A stretch of DNA of 64,000 nt from Scyliorhinus canicula (Eukaryota), in contig NC_052158.1 in the NCBI RefSeq assembly GCF_902713615.1, positions 42,743,159 through 42,807,158 on the forward strand, given 5' to 3'. Below the pieces are notes generated by a model. It saw only the letters and a program-made list of their open reading frames with translations. It was not told the DNA's origin and did no database searches. The translations under genes were made by a program, and so were the position numbers. Positions 62,782 through 64,000 of this stretch are shown here, piece by piece (within the stretch, counting starts at the first letter, position 1; every line of letters starts with the position of its first letter).

Positions 62782-63140
62782 GGGCGCGATTCTCCGATGT
62801 CACGCCGGTTGGGAGAATAGCGGGCAGCGCCAGTTTTTCACGCGACGCCGGTCCGACGCACTCCCACGATTCTCTCAAACGGTGAAATCGGTTCGGTCGT
62901 GTTCAGTGCGGCAAAGCCCGAGGCAACCAAAATGGCGATTCTCCAGAACACCCGCTATTCTACGGTCCGGATGGGCCGAAGTCCCGATGGCGTGACCCCA
63001 GTTCACACCGTCGCCGTCCACATCTGCTTATTAAAGTTGCCAGCCAGTCGTCCTGGCTGACGAGCAGTGAGGAGGTGAGCGGACCGTCCAGGACTCTCCG
63101 CAAACTAGGGCAGGCATCCCCGAGAACGCAGTGGCCGGGG
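62782..63140. mobile_element. Harbinger-like MITE, left part, running into the gap
   Basis: Starts GGGCGCGATTCTCCG, the reverse complement of the right TIR at 60835-60849. Confidence 0.65.
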
Positions 63141-63175
63141 GGAAGGGGGGGGGGGGGGGGGGGTGGGGGGGGGGG

Positions 63176-63675
63176 NNNNNNNNNNNNNNNNNNNNNNNNN
63201 NNNNNNNNNNNNNNNNNNNNNNNNNNNNNNNNNNNNNNNNNNNNNNNNNNNNNNNNNNNNNNNNNNNNNNNNNNNNNNNNNNNNNNNNNNNNNNNNNNNN
63301 NNNNNNNNNNNNNNNNNNNNNNNNNNNNNNNNNNNNNNNNNNNNNNNNNNNNNNNNNNNNNNNNNNNNNNNNNNNNNNNNNNNNNNNNNNNNNNNNNNNN
63401 NNNNNNNNNNNNNNNNNNNNNNNNNNNNNNNNNNNNNNNNNNNNNNNNNNNNNNNNNNNNNNNNNNNNNNNNNNNNNNNNNNNNNNNNNNNNNNNNNNNN
63501 NNNNNNNNNNNNNNNNNNNNNNNNNNNNNNNNNNNNNNNNNNNNNNNNNNNNNNNNNNNNNNNNNNNNNNNNNNNNNNNNNNNNNNNNNNNNNNNNNNNN
63601 NNNNNNNNNNNNNNNNNNNNNNNNNNNNNNNNNNNNNNNNNNNNNNNNNNNNNNNNNNNNNNNNNNNNNNNNNNN
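63176..63675. other. Assembly gap (500 N) flanked by poly-G and a C-rich minisatellite (63676-63960)
   Basis: Run of N. Confidence 1.
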
Positions 63676-64000
63676 CCCCACTCCCCCCTCCATCTCCCCC
63701 ACTCCCCCCTTCATCTCCCCCCACTCCCCCCCCCGTCTCCCCCACTCCCCCTTCATCTCCCCCACTCCCCCCCTTCATCTCCCGCACTCCCCCCTCCATC
63801 TCCCCCACTCCCCCCTTCATCTCCCCCACTCCCCCCTCTGTCTCCCCCATTTCCCCCCTTCATCTCCCCCACTCCTCCCTCCATCTCCCCCACTCCCCCC
63901 TCCGTCTCCCCCACTCCCCCCCTCCGTCTCCCCCACTCCCCCCCGCTCTGGACCCCCCTCCCGTTCTCAGGGATGCCTTCCCCGTTGTGGCCAGACTTGA

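Noticed and set aside
62960-64000. ORFs spanning the N run
   Set aside because: Artefacts of the assembly gap and the flanking low-complexity sequence.

Overview
Repeat-dense vertebrate genomic DNA, almost certainly from an elasmobranch. Shark-type MHC class II alpha residues and HE1-like V-SINEs with HER1-like CR1 LINEs support this; a catshark is my inference. The only host gene I can support is the 3' half of an MHC class II alpha gene on the + strand: alpha2 (Ig C1) exon 16821-17102, connecting peptide/TM/cytoplasmic exon 29326-29473, and a probable 3'UTR exon from 29587 with AATAAA at 29751. Leader and alpha1 exons were not found. Most of the rest is nested retroelements: a full-length young L1 with a 12-bp TSD, Rex1/Babar, CR1, L2, Penelope, at least 7 Gypsy-type LTR elements plus solo LTRs, two SINE families and Harbinger-like MITEs. 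There is also a 2.1-kb G-rich minisatellite and a 500-N gap. The most notable signals are four. (1) Three different Gypsy families have no tRNA PBS; the PBS position instead base-pairs, with covariation, to the LTR segment ending in the poly(A) signal (self-priming or poly(A) occlusion). (2) A 121-bp Penelope-type mini-insert carries a minimal hammerhead ribozyme. (3) Two SINE 5' junctions carry DNA copied from about 1 kb away. (4) The full-length L1 is broken only in G homopolymers. Coordinates were read by hand and may be off by a few bases at fuzzy boundaries.
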